A DNA stretch of 64,000 nt, taken from Octopus vulgaris (taxonomy: Eukaryota). The position numbers were made by a program, and so were the translations under genes. The DNA is taken from NCBI GenBank assembly GCA_951406725.2, contig OX597821.1, positions 116,560,001-116,624,000 of the forward strand. The letters run 5' to 3'. How positions within the stretch are numbered: position 1 is the first letter of the stretch; each line of letters begins with the position of its first letter. Positions 38,889-50,796 of the stretch are shown here, piece after piece. A model generated the notes under the pieces. That model worked only from the letters and a program-made list of their open reading frames with translations. It was not told the origin of the DNA and did not search any database.

Positions 38889-39054
38889 GTTATTATTATT
38901 GTTATTATTTTTGTTATTGTTATTGTTCAAGTCACTGCTTGGAATTGAACTCGGGCATATGGCGTAGTGGTTAAGAATGGAGGCTACTAACCCCAAGATT
39001 CCGAGTTTGATTTCAAGAAGTGACCTGTACAATAACAATAATAATAATAATAAC

Positions 39055-39104
<50 letters not shown>

Positions 39105-39133
39105 TGATGATGATGATGATGATGATAATAATG

Positions 39134-39215
<82 letters not shown>

Positions 39216-39238
39216 TAATAATAATAATAATAATAATG

Positions 39239-39302
<64 letters not shown>

Positions 39303-39478
39303 CATTGAAAAATACCTTAGGAACGAGAACCCAGGTTTGAAATTTTCCCAACACACCTGATGAAGGCTGGAGAGTATATCAGCCGAAATGTTGTGTTAAC
39401 AACAAACAAGATGAGGGCAAATATCTGCCAAATGTAAATAATGTAAATAATTCCTCATCTCTTAAATATAAAACTGTA
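38625..39478. mobile_element. SINE family D inverted dimer 2
   Basis: Minus copy 38625-38952 truncated at the B box; full plus copy 38953-39478 with about 270 bp of (AAT)n; HHRs at 38716-38761 (-) and 39352-39397 (+). Confidence 0.85.
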
Positions 39479-40555
39479 TGAAATTTTGTGTTAGACTTGG
39501 GAAGTCTGCTACAGAGACATTGAGCATGCTTTGGCCAGGTTACAGCAATGAGGCAATGGGTCGTATGCCATGTTCTGTGTGGCATGAGTGCTTCAAAAGC
39601 AGAAGAATGTCCCTCGAAGACAATGAGCATTGTGGAAGACCTGCGACAAGCGTCACTTCTGGTAATGTGGTGTTGTGCATTGAGAATTTATCCCCCAAGG
39701 TCAAAGCATCAATCGAGAGTTCTACTGTGATGGTTTGAAGCATTTGAGGGAGCACATTTGGTAAAAGGAACCGGATCTCTGGAATGCAAAGAATTAGATT
39801 CTTCACCAAGCTCTCCTCACTTGTGAGTTTCTTGCCAAAAACAACATGGTATTGCTTCCACACCTGCCCTCTTCACCAGATTTTGCACCTCCAGGCTTCC
39901 AACTCTTCCCCAAGATGGAAATGCAGCTCAAAAGTTTTAACACTGTTGTTAAGATCCAGGGCAAATTGCAGAAGGTCCTTGACTTGCTTACAGAAAACGA
40001 CTTCATCATCATCATCATCATCATCGTTTAACATCCGTTTTCCATGCTAGCATGGGTTGGTGTGTTCGAACGGGGTCTGGGAAGCCAGGAGGCTGCACCA
40101 GGCTCCAGTCTGGTCTGGCAGTGTTTCTACAGCTGGATGCCCTTCCTAGCGCCAACCACTTCGTGAGTGTAGTGGGTGCTTTTTACGTGCCACCGGCACA
40201 GGTGCCATTAGAGGCTGGCAGTGGCCACGATCGGTCGGTGCTTTTCACGTGCCACCTGTACAGAAGCCAGTCAAGGTGGCACTGGCATCGGCCATGTTCG
40301 GATGGTGCTTTTTGCGTGCCACTGGCACAGGTATCACAACTACAATTCCCATTTGATATTTATTTTGATGTTGATGTACTTCACTCAATAGGTCTCCTCA
40401 AGCGCAGCGACTTCTAGGCCAGATTCCAAAAGTGGCAGCACCAGTGTATTAATGCGCAAAGTGACTATTTCAAAGGAGATAATGTTAAAACTTAAGTAAA
40501 TAAGTTATTTTATATTCAACATAACTAGTCTGGGAACATTTGACATCACCTCATA
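39478..40555 (+). pseudogene. Internally deleted mariner transposase relic
   Basis: MKFCVRLGKSATETLSML...SLEDNEHCGRP (HTH region), HLPSSPDFAPPGFQLFPKM (YSPDLAP-like) and TIR-like end CACCTCATA. Split by a family C insertion. Confidence 0.8.
40005..40407 (-). mobile_element. Family C (RTE 3' UTR) insertion with 7-bp TSD
   Basis: CGACTTC at 39998-40004 and 40408-40414. Confidence 0.85.
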
Positions 40556-40865
40556 TATTGGAATTCCACATCTTATGGGCCTCTTATCAAACAAACCAAA
40601 AATCGTCATTGTTGTCTATCAACTTATGAGAAAACTAAATTTTCTTCACGTCACACCTTACTACTTAAATTAGACGAAAAGCACACAGATTAATCTAGCT
40701 CAAGGTGAACAATGCTTAGTAAATAAAAAGAATAACATTGTTGGGAACTTGAATGCTTTTGATCACATGTCTGCTCAGTCAAGGCCAAACTGGAGCCAAA
40801 AAACAATATGTAGATTATATATTGTTTTATAATAATAACTCTGGTTTCACTATACATACATGCTT

Positions 40866-40996
40866 ACACACACGCACATCACATATACACACATCACATA
40901 CACACGCACATCACATATACACACATCACATACACACGCACATCACATATACACACATCACATACACACGCACATCACATATACACACATCACATC
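40866..40996. repeat. 32-bp minisatellite, about 4 copies
   Basis: ACACACGCACATCACATATACACACATCACAT repeated. Confidence 0.9.
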
Positions 40997-41518
40997 GTAT
41001 CTCTTTTACTCTTTTATTCTTTTACATGTTTCAGTCATTTCACTGCAGCCATGCTGGAGCACTGCCTTTAGTCAAACAAATCAAACCCAGGACTTATTCT
41101 TTGTAAGCCTAGTACTTATTCTACCAGTCTCTTTTGCCAAACTGTTAAGTTTCAAGGACATAAACAAACCAACGTTTGTTGTCAAGAGATGGTGGGGAGA
41201 CAAACTGAAATAAGCCCGTCATATATATATATATGTGTGTGTGTATGTATGTATGTATGTATGTATGTATGTATATATGTATGTATGTTTGTGTGTCTGT
41301 GTTTGTCCTCCCAACATCGCTTGACAACCGATGCTGGTGTGTTTACATCCCTGTAACTTAGCAGTTTGTCAAAAGACACCAATAGATAAGTACTAGGCTC
41401 ACAAAGAATAAGCTCTGGGGTCGATTTGCTCGGCTAAAGGTGGTGCTCCAGCATGGCCAGAGTCAAATGACTGAAACAAATAAAAGAGTAAAGAGTAAAA
41501 GAGGAACAAAGAGTGAAT

Positions 41519-41665
41519 TTATTCAATAAAATCTCCATTGGTTTCAACCACGGCCTCCAGACGACTTCGGAATCTCCTGCAACTCTTCTGGACAGTCTCC
41601 TTGTTTAAGTTGGCGAATGCTGCCATAATCCTTGCCTTCAATTCATCTTTGGTGTTACTGAAACA
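41519..41665 (-). pseudogene. Tc1/mariner-superfamily transposase C-terminal fragment
   Basis: NTKDELKARIMAAFANLNKETVQKSCRRFRSRLEAVVETNGDFIE*. Confidence 0.7.
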
Positions 41666-41688
41666 AGTAAAAGAGGGAAATAATACAT

Positions 41689-41723
<35 letters not shown>

Positions 41724-42112
41724 CATATCATACATACATACATACACATACATACACACATACATACATACAGACATACAGACAGACAGACACATATACA
41801 TACATATACATACATACACATACATACGTACATACACATACATACATACATATGTACGTACATACATGCATACGTACGTACATACATAGATGAAATGGGA
41901 CTGAACCCAAAACCATGTGTTTGCAAAGCGAGCTCCTTAACCACACAGCCAAGCCTACACACACACACATGCATATGTATGAAGACTTATTTACTTTGTC
42001 CCCAGTTTCAGCCAGTTGCCTGTCGGGTCTTCACAGGATCACTAACTGCTGTCAAAGGTTAACAAAGTTCGCTTTACCTCATTACATATGTGAGAACCAA
42101 CCATACATATAG

Positions 42113-42143
<31 letters not shown>

Positions 42144-42630
42144 TGTCGTCGTCGTCATGATCATCGTCGTTGTCGTCATCTTTTAATGTCCGCTTTCCAT
42201 TCTGGCATGGGTTGGACAGTTTGACTGAGGTCTGGAGAGCCAGCGGCTGCACCAGGCTCCAATCTGATCTGGCAAGGTTTCTACAACTGGATGCCCTTCC
42301 TAACATCAACCACTCCAAGAATGTAATGGGTGCATTTTATGTGCCACTGGCACAGGGGCCAGTCAAGCCAAACCAATCCAGCATGGAACATCATCATCAT
42401 CATCATCATCGTTTAACATCTGCTTTCCATGCTGGCATGGGTTGGATGGTTTGACTGAGGACTGGCAATCCAGGAGGCTGCACCAGGTTCCAGTTGGCAT
42501 GGTTTCTGCAGTAGGAAGCCCTTCCTAATGCCAACCTCTCCATGAGTGTAGTGGGTGCTTTTTACATTCCACCAGAACATGTGCCAGTCAGGCGGCACTG
42601 GCATCGGCCACACACAAATGTTTTTTACAT
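42113..42630 (-). mobile_element. Two family C copies
   Basis: (CAT)n followed by TTTCCAT(G/T)CTGGCATGGGTTGGA...GCCCTTCCTAA. Confidence 0.8.
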
Positions 42631-42903
42631 GCTACTTGCCTGGATGTTAAATGATAAAAGAGAAAAATTATGTATATTTGTCCAACCCATGCAAGCATGG
42701 AAAATGAATGTTAAATGATGATAATGATGAGCATGTGTGTGTGATGCTATATATGAAATCATGTTTCTCCAATATGTTTGAAAGAAAACCGTCCTTTCTA
42801 TAGATGTAAATATATATACATACATGCACACACACATACATATATACTTACACACACACACATATATGTATGCATATATACATATATATACATGTGTGTG
42901 TGT

Positions 42904-42977
<74 letters not shown>

Positions 42978-43308
42978 GTATATGTAGTCATATGTACATT
43001 CATACATATATACATACAAACATGCACACAAAGACACAAAGCTTTGCAAACCCACCAAACAACAGAAAAACAGGAAATCACAGAACAATAGTTTCTTTCT
43101 TCTACCTACAGGATCTCACAAGCTACCTATGAATACCCTAATGCCCCCCACCACCTCGACACCACCAACACACATCCCTCCCCCCCACTAAGCCAAGACG
43201 CATGCCATAACTTTCATGGTTTAAATGCAACAAACCAACCTAACAAGTTGGAATGTTGTTGAAACATTCGTATTTGCATACACAAACGCACAGACAAAAT
43301 ATAAGTAT

Positions 43309-43340
<32 letters not shown>

Positions 43341-43469
43341 GTATGTATTCTTATCATTAATAATCGGCGGAAGTTCAGAGTGACTCAAAAGCCAAGAGTT
43401 TGGTGTATGTGTGTGTGTATATATATATATATATTACGGAGATGTTCTTGCATAGCAAGTGATCTGATC

Positions 43470-43542
43470 TGAGACCACGACCTGTTCACTGCCAAAATTC
43501 CATACTGCACGGAATTTTGTCAGTGAACAGGTCGTGGTCTCA
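43470..43542. repeat. 32-bp stem, 9-nt loop hairpin within a ~215-bp insert between (TA)n tracts
   Basis: TGAGACCACGACCTGTTCACTGcCAAAATTCC and GGAATTTTGtCAGTGAACAGGTCGTGGTCTCA. Confidence 0.85.
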
Positions 43543-43649
43543 AAGCGACAAAAATATTTTGACAAATTAAATTGAAATGTAGAAGAGAATCTAATGGATT
43601 TTGTGTGTTTCTTAAATGGCTTATAAACATCTTCCATGCTGCAATTGTT

Positions 43650-43680
<31 letters not shown>

Positions 43681-44098
43681 ATATTACACCACCAGTCAGC
43701 TTCACATGGGTTTGCATCCACAGCTTCCGTGCTTCCTATGGCACCCTCCTACTCAACTGGGTCTTGCACAGCACAAAATGTTGGTTTTACAGCACCTCAT
43801 AGATCCTCTCCACCAGAGACAAACCAGGACCAAGTTATCCTGTACCAATATGGCTTTCAGGCTCAGAAATGTGGGAGCACCATGATCTCATGTGCAATCA
43901 AAGGATCCCCAAAATGTTCAATGCTTTCTCCTGCTCATCTAGTTTCATATTAAAATGACCTCCTCTTAGAGAAATGCTTTAGCAAAAGCCTAGGTGTGCC
44001 TCATTGCCAGTGGTTTTCCAGCATGCCAGACACCAACCTGGGATTTCTGAGGGCGCATACTGTTGCTAGATAGTTGTTCATTGACCCTACACTAGGGA

Positions 44099-44150
<52 letters not shown>

Positions 44151-44185
44151 CAAATAAGTAACAAACTAGGATGTCGAGGTACTAG

Positions 44186-44272
44186 TGCATTATGGCCATT
44201 TCAAGCGATTCCATTTAATCAAACAATGTAAGCATTACATCAATTTGAAATACACTGCCATCTTCAGATGCA
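44186..44272 (-). ncRNA. Type-I hammerhead motif in a ~305-bp TA-flanked insert (44148-44453)
   Basis: Reverse strand TGCAT-CTGAAGA-tGGC...GCTt-GAAA-TGGCCA-TA-ATGCA. Confidence 0.65.
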
Positions 44273-45169
44273 TAATATAGGTTTTCAACATACAGGATAC
44301 TCCATAATTTTTAGCAAATATTTCATCAAAACTAGAGAATGCAAGAATTACATGCTGTTAATATTGTAGCAAAATGAATTTAGAGAGAAAATACCCCAAC
44401 TATACTTTGGAGTGGAAGAAGAGAATAACAATGGGGGTTTATGAGATGGTAAGATATATATGTGTGTGTTGGCATTACAAAGGGCACCCAGCCATAGAAA
44501 CTATGCCAAAGCAGATGGAACTTAGCCTGATCTTCTCACTTACCAGCTTCTGCCAAACTGTCCAACTCATGGCTGCATTAAATGATGATGGGATGATAAT
44601 GATATTGTTTGTTTGTTTAACGTCCATGCTGGCATGGGTTGGACGGTTTGACTGAGGAATGGCAAGCCAGTAGGCTGCACCAGGCTCCAATCTGATATCT
44701 GATCCGATAAGGTTTCTACAGCTGGATGCCCTTCCTAATGCCAGCCACTCTGAGGGTGTAGTGGATGCTTTTTACATGCCTCCAGCATGGGAGCCAATTG
44801 GGGGTACTGGCTTCGACCACATTTGGATCGTGTTTTTTATGTGTCACCAGCAGGGGAGCCAGTCAGGGGGCACTGCCATCAACCACATTTGGATAGTGCT
44901 TTTTACATGTCAAGGATAAAGGATAAAGACACCCCCTTCGGTCATGAATGACCATAGGATTGCACCGGATCATCCTCACAGCCGAAATTGCAAGGATGAT
45001 CCGGTTCTTGACTGTAGATAAAAGGCTTCGAATGACCCGTCTGTGTTTTTTTGTATTGTCTATCTGGATGTTTTGTTGTCCCTTTTTGTATCACCTAGTC
45101 ATCCAGGTGTTTTGCGTTCTTGTCCCATTTTGTATTTTATTTTATTATATATATATAGCAGTGTACATA

Positions 45170-45420
45170 CAGCGTGTGGCTTAGTGGTTAGGGTGTCAGC
45201 ATCATAATTGTAAGATTGTGGTTTCGATTCCTGGACCGGGCGACGCATTGTGTTCTTGAGCAAAACACTTCATTTCACATTGCTCCAGTCCACTCAGCTG
45301 GCAAAAATAAGTAACGCTGCGATGGACTGGCATCCTGTCCAGCTAGGGAACTCATACTCTATAGAAACCAGGAAACTGGGCCCATGAGCCTGGCTAGGCT
45401 TTAAAAAAAGGGCACATTTA
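45170..45420 (+). mobile_element. tRNA-derived SINE family F
   Basis: A-box TGGCTTAGTGG, B-box GTTTCGATTCC, TTGAGCAAAACACTT core; relatives at about 25500-25645 (-) and 49870-50045 (-). Confidence 0.75.
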
Positions 45421-45421
45421 C

Positions 45422-45452
<31 letters not shown>

Positions 45453-46779
45453 ATCAGTAATGATAAAGAGTCCACAAGTAAATCAAATGCCGGCTGAACT
45501 TTCATTATTTTTCCCTCGATGCCTACGTGAATTGTTTTTGAGTATACATTATCTGGGAGATTCTTCTTATGGTAGAAGAAATGGCTAAGTTCTTTGGCTG
45601 CTATTTCTAAAAGTTCTGTATGTGGCGAAGCAAATTTTTTTGCTGAACCCTAATTATAATTATACTCATAATTCTATAAAGTAACATTTAATATATATAT
45701 ATGTGTGTGTGTGTGTACATACATACATACACCCACACACCCACATATATAAATAAATATAAACAAACTAACATTTGTTTTTTGTTTTTTTGAAAGCGTC
45801 GAAATGTGTATTTTACAATAGAATCTGATGATAATTTTGTTCGAACACAGAAACGCTGTTGGAACACCAAAAATATTGAGTAAATTGCCCATACAAAGCA
45901 GCAACAGCAGAATGAGACATGAAAAGCATTTGGCAGTTATTTCTAGCATGTTGATCAGCCACACAAAGGATCTCAGTTGGTTTGTATGACAAATAGGCGC
46001 CAGATATTATGTAAACATCTGAGTAGATGTTGGCCTAAATTCTCTGAGTCTTAGAGAAAACTTTAGAATCTAAAGCAATCAATAATTCTCCTCTTCTTCC
46101 TCTATTTTTTTTATGTGTTTTTTTCATTCATTTATTTATTTATATATTTATTTATTTTGACTTATATCTTTAACATAGAAGTTTCAGTTTTTACCTGCAA
46201 CATACCTTGCAGAAATGCAACAGGTGTGCATTGAATGAGAGAGAGAGAGAGTGGGTGGTGGGGTGAAGGTAGGAGGTCTCTTTTACCTGAAATGATCTCA
46301 TTTCAGAAATATCCAGCTAACAAAAGCATAAGATCAATTTTAATTTGTTTATATTCATCAAAAAATATCAAGAATTGGTGACTAAGTCACACTGGTATGT
46401 TTTTTTTCTTTTTTTTTTTTGTGGTTGTTGTTTTAAACAATGGTGGTGAGAATTGAATATGATAACATGACTCTTCACAGCTAATTTCACACCCTTCCTT
46501 ACTTTTCCATGCACACACACACAAACACACACACACAAACACACACACACAAACACACACACACATTCACTCATGCATACATGGATTCACGCATAGATAA
46601 ACATACCAGCAAAGCAAAGAAACATATGTTAAACCTTAGATGAGGTTGCATGTACATATACACATATATGTACTCTTCATACAAACTTGTTGTCATGGCA
46701 CACAGGTTGTTGGTCTGGTCTGGTCTAGTGGTGGTGATGGTGGTGACTTGTTGAGGACAGAAGTTGGCTATGCTTTTAA

Positions 46780-47012
46780 GAAGGCGGCAAGCTGGCAGAA
46801 TCGTTAGCACGCCGAGCGAAATGCCTAGCGGTATTTCGTCTGCCGTTACATTGTGAGTTCAAATTCCACAGAGGTCGACTTTACCTTTCATCCTTTCGGG
46901 GTCGATAAATGAAGTACCAGTTACGCACTGGAATCGATGTAATCGACTTAATCCCTTTGTCTGTCCTTGTTTGTCCACTCTATGTTTGGCCCCTTTTGGG
47001 CAGTAAAGAAAT
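46780..47012 (+). mobile_element. SINE family A, near consensus
   Basis: Complete head, core and tail. Confidence 0.9.
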
Positions 47013-47251
47013 AGTAGGTGACTTGTTGAATTGAATGATATTGTGTTCCTTGGGCTGTGTGAAGAAGTAACTGAACAACACCCAGAAATATTTAACAGAA
47101 GATGTTATCATCACACTTAAAGGCAAATTGTGTGGGCCTTTTACAGATTACAACAGCAATAATTAGATCCTGGGTGAGAGATGCTGCTTAGAGTTTATGG
47201 CAAAGCTATTGGTATGGCAACCTGCAGCTTGCCCAACATAACTAGAAACAC

Positions 47252-47363
47252 AGGCATATGGCATAGTGGTTAAGAGCACAAGCTACTAACTCCAAGATTC
47301 CAAGTTCAGTTTCAGGCAGTAACCTGAATAATAATAATAATAACAATAATAATAATAATGATC

Positions 47364-47407
<44 letters not shown>

Positions 47408-48333
47408 TAATTCTGGTTTATTGGCCACAAGGGCTAACAAAAATCAAAGAAACATGTAAGGACAAATACAGGACGAAAAGTACAAAGGGTTTTGTCCGAT
47501 AGAAAGGTCCGTGTAAACATTCAGAATAACAACGAAAATATATATAACAAGTAAAACTCCCAATAGAGGGAGGCGCTTCGAAAGGTTACTCATGGAAAAA
47601 CCCATAAAAACCACGGGAGCCTGGTCGAAAAGGGGTAGAGAGCCCCTTTCTCCTTTTATACTTACTTTTTTTTTTCACAGGTGTAACCTCAGAATTGGTC
47701 CGTTCATACTGGCCATTTTCCCGATATTCACCCACCTTTCAATAAATTTGCTACGAGACAACACTTCCCTCTCTACTCTCACCTTCCTTTTCAAGTGGAA
47801 CTTGAAAAAGTTGATGAGGCCTTGGCCAAAGAGGAAGGTGTCTGATTTTAGCCCTTTCAAACGAGTCCACCATACTACTTCTTTCACTACAGCCACTAGA
47901 CAAAGGAAAATTGCCTTGCCCTCCCGGTTAAAGGTCGGCGAGGCAATCTTCACTATGGATTCAACTGATAGTCGGATCCATCCTATACGAGACAGTTGCT
48001 GTTTGACATAAACCCACAGGTCAGCAATACTCGAGCACTGGACAAGTGCATGCAGAATGGTTTTGCCGTCCTGAGCGCACCTCGGGCAGGTCCTGCTGAC
48101 AGCACTTCCATGCCGGTAGAGTTTATCTTAAACAGGCAGCGCTCCTCAGTACGAAAAATACCTTAGGAATGAGAACCTAGGTTTGAAATTTCCCCAAGAC
48201 ACCTGATGAAGGCTGGAGGGTATATCAGTTGAAACATTATGTTAACAACAAACAAGATGAGGACAAATATCCATCAAATGTAAATAATGTAAATAATGTA
48301 CATAATTCCTCATCTCTTAAATATAGAACTGTA
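47252..48333 (+). mobile_element. SINE family D monomer interrupted by a Tx1-like LINE
   Basis: Head GGCATATGGCATAGTGGTTAAG, then (AAT)n; tail resumes at 48152 with HHR 48198-48243. Confidence 0.85.
47410..48150 (-). mobile_element. Tx1-like (L1 clade) LINE 3' fragment
   Basis: ORF 47675-47953 is homologous to 60561-61373 (FNREGKAIF...WWTRLKGL...INFFKFHLKRKVRVER); upstream CPRC...H...C zinc knuckle. Confidence 0.85.
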
Positions 48334-48689
48334 TTATAACTGGAAACAGTTGTGCTATATCTGTGGCAATGGAGGTTCCTGTCATCTATCTGCACTATCT
48401 GTCTTAGCTGCCTTCCTGGGTTGTCTGGTTGGTAAAAATGTGTGCCAAATGGTATTTATAGGGGACCAGAATTCAAGTTCTAGAATGTCCAAGAATACCT
48501 ATCCATACCATTGCTTCTTCATGCCGATTGGTCAGTTAGTAGACCAATTGCGTAAAACTATGCTGGTTTGCTCATGATGTCTAACTGTATATCCAGGGAT
48601 TTGGTTTCAAAGCCTGGCTACATTTTATTTAAATTTATAAACACACATAACGTATTAGGAAGTGTTACTGTAGAGGAGATGTATTATGA

Positions 48690-49632
48690 TTTTATACCTG
48701 GGAGAAGTATTGTTGGTGGTCTCTTCTTAATAAGGTAACCGCTGGAGAAGTATTAGCTAAAAGTAAACCATTGTACCTGTCTTTCTTTGCCCATGAGAAA
48801 GCCTTTGACAGGGTTACTTTCTCTATGATCTAGGGGTCTCTGAAGATGCTATGAGTCAATGAAAGGCTTCTGCATCTGGTGGTGAGGTGCCTGTTTGGGA
48901 GTTCTGGGGTTGTGGAGAGTGTGGTGTTATCCCTTAGCTACCGTTAATTACCATTACTCCCAGGTCTTTTCTGACCCAGAATGGTAGTACCTATCTGGAT
49001 CCTGTTTATGGGTTGAATAGATTTTTGAAAAAGGTACATTGAGCTCCTTCATAGAGGTGAAGCAATCAATCTAAGAGAAGAAAAACTCTAAAACTGATAC
49101 CTTCTTCCAGTATTTCTTAAGCCAGCACAGAAGTGTATGGCTGATGAAACTAACATGGAGTATGCCCAGTAATGTAAAATCATACTATGGAGATAATTAT
49201 CTCATATTGGTGCACAGACTGTGACAGGAGGAGATAGCAGGAAATGATAAAGATGGTGAAAACTTTGTTCCTGGCTTTTTTTGCCCTGGAGAAATCCTTT
49301 GACAGGGTCACTTCTTTTGTGATCTTGTGGTCCCTGAGGAAGCTAGAGGTAGATAAATGGCTTGTGAGAGACATGCAAGACTCGTATAGAGGTTCTGTCA
49401 GTGAGGTGAGGATTAGCAACGAATATCACAATGAATTTAATGTAGAGGTGTCGGTCCCCAAAGCTTGGCTCGTAATTGCCTTGAACTCATCCAATCTCCT
49501 CCAGTTCAGAACATTGAAATTAAAACCAGTCATCCATAGAAACTCCTCTCTGCTGGTGATCTTGCTTTTATAATTGAATATGTAGTAGAACTAGAGAAGA
49601 AATTCCAAGCGTGGAAGCAAAACCTTGAACCA
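48690..49632 (+). pseudogene. Two decayed RTE reverse-transcriptase fragments
   Basis: FFALEKSFDRV...LWSLRKLEVDKWLVR...YRGSVSEVR (49244-49573); similar GAGAAAGCCTTTGACAGGGT near 48795. Confidence 0.7.
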
Positions 49633-49709
49633 AAGGGCCTTAAAATTAACCTAAGCTTTTGCTAAAATTTTTTATGATGGCTGTCCATCACAATGTACAG
49701 TATTGAGCA

Positions 49710-49855
49710 CTGACTCAAGTTCTAGGACTCAAAGGGTCAGTTCTAGACTGATTCAAGTTCTAAGACTCAAAGGGTCAGTTCTAGACTGACTCGAGTTCTA
49801 GGACTGAAAGGTCAGTTCTAGACTGACTCAAGTTCTAGGACTCAAAGCATCAGTT
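49710..49855. repeat. 38-bp minisatellite, about 4 copies
   Basis: CTGACTCAAGTTCTAGGACTCAAAGGGTCAGTTCTAGA repeated. Confidence 0.9.
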
Positions 49856-50796
49856 ACTTAATTTCTATGGTGTGTAATTGACTGAGATCACAAGATTCTC
49901 CCTGAACAGGACACCAGTGTATTACAGGGTTATCTATTTGCAGCTGAGTGGACTGAAGTGATGTGAAATGAAATGCCTTCCCCAAGAACTGAAATCATAA
50001 TCTTGAAATCATGAGTGCAACACCTTACCACTGAGGCATGTACCTTCAAGCACAACATATACCTCCTACAAAAAAAATACAAAAACAACACATATTTTTC
50101 TGAGGATTACTTGAACTAATAATTTGAATTTTTAAGTAAAGCATTTTTGTGAATGTGTCACGATTGGGATGTTGTAAATTCATGTTTTAAATTTTCTGTT
50201 TATAAAAATATGATTTCTCTTGAATGACAGAGTGATGAAATATAGAAATATTCTATGAAGAACTGAGGAAACATCACAGCAGGGGTCGAGAATGAAGTCG
50301 CCGTTCGAAATGATAAGATTGTTTGTTGCCAGTGCTACAAGAATTGGTGCTTCTCTTCTATTAATTCATGTTTGGAAAACTTGGATTTCTAAACGACATC
50401 TTCAATTGAATGGTGTGATTTAAATTCATTCTTTTTCATTTTGAGAAACATCGTAAATAAAATTCCAAACTTAATCTTTGAATACAATACAAATTCAAAA
50501 GTAATCACAGCCATCACGGAATTCTGGTTTTCTGAACAATTTGGTTTCAAATTTTGGCACAAGGCCAGCAATTTGGTGGGGAGGGGTAAGTCAATTACAT
50601 CAACCCCAGTACTCAACTGGTACTTATTTTATTGATCTCGGAAAGATGAAAGGCAAATCCCACATTGACAGAATTTGAAATCAGAACGTAAAGACAGGTG
50701 AAATACCTATTTCTTTACTACCCACAGAGGAGACAAACAAGGACAGACAAACAGATTAAGGCGATTATATCGACCCCAGTGCATAACTGGTACTTA

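Noticed and set aside
38953-39025. tRNA gene
   Set aside because: A/B boxes are present, but the acceptor stem is poor and the head is linked to a repeat body, so it is a SINE head. The same applies to families A, B, E and F.
46185-46310. Minus-strand CAG|GTAAAA splice or recursive-splice signals
   Set aside because: Weak polypyrimidine tract and no supporting exon.
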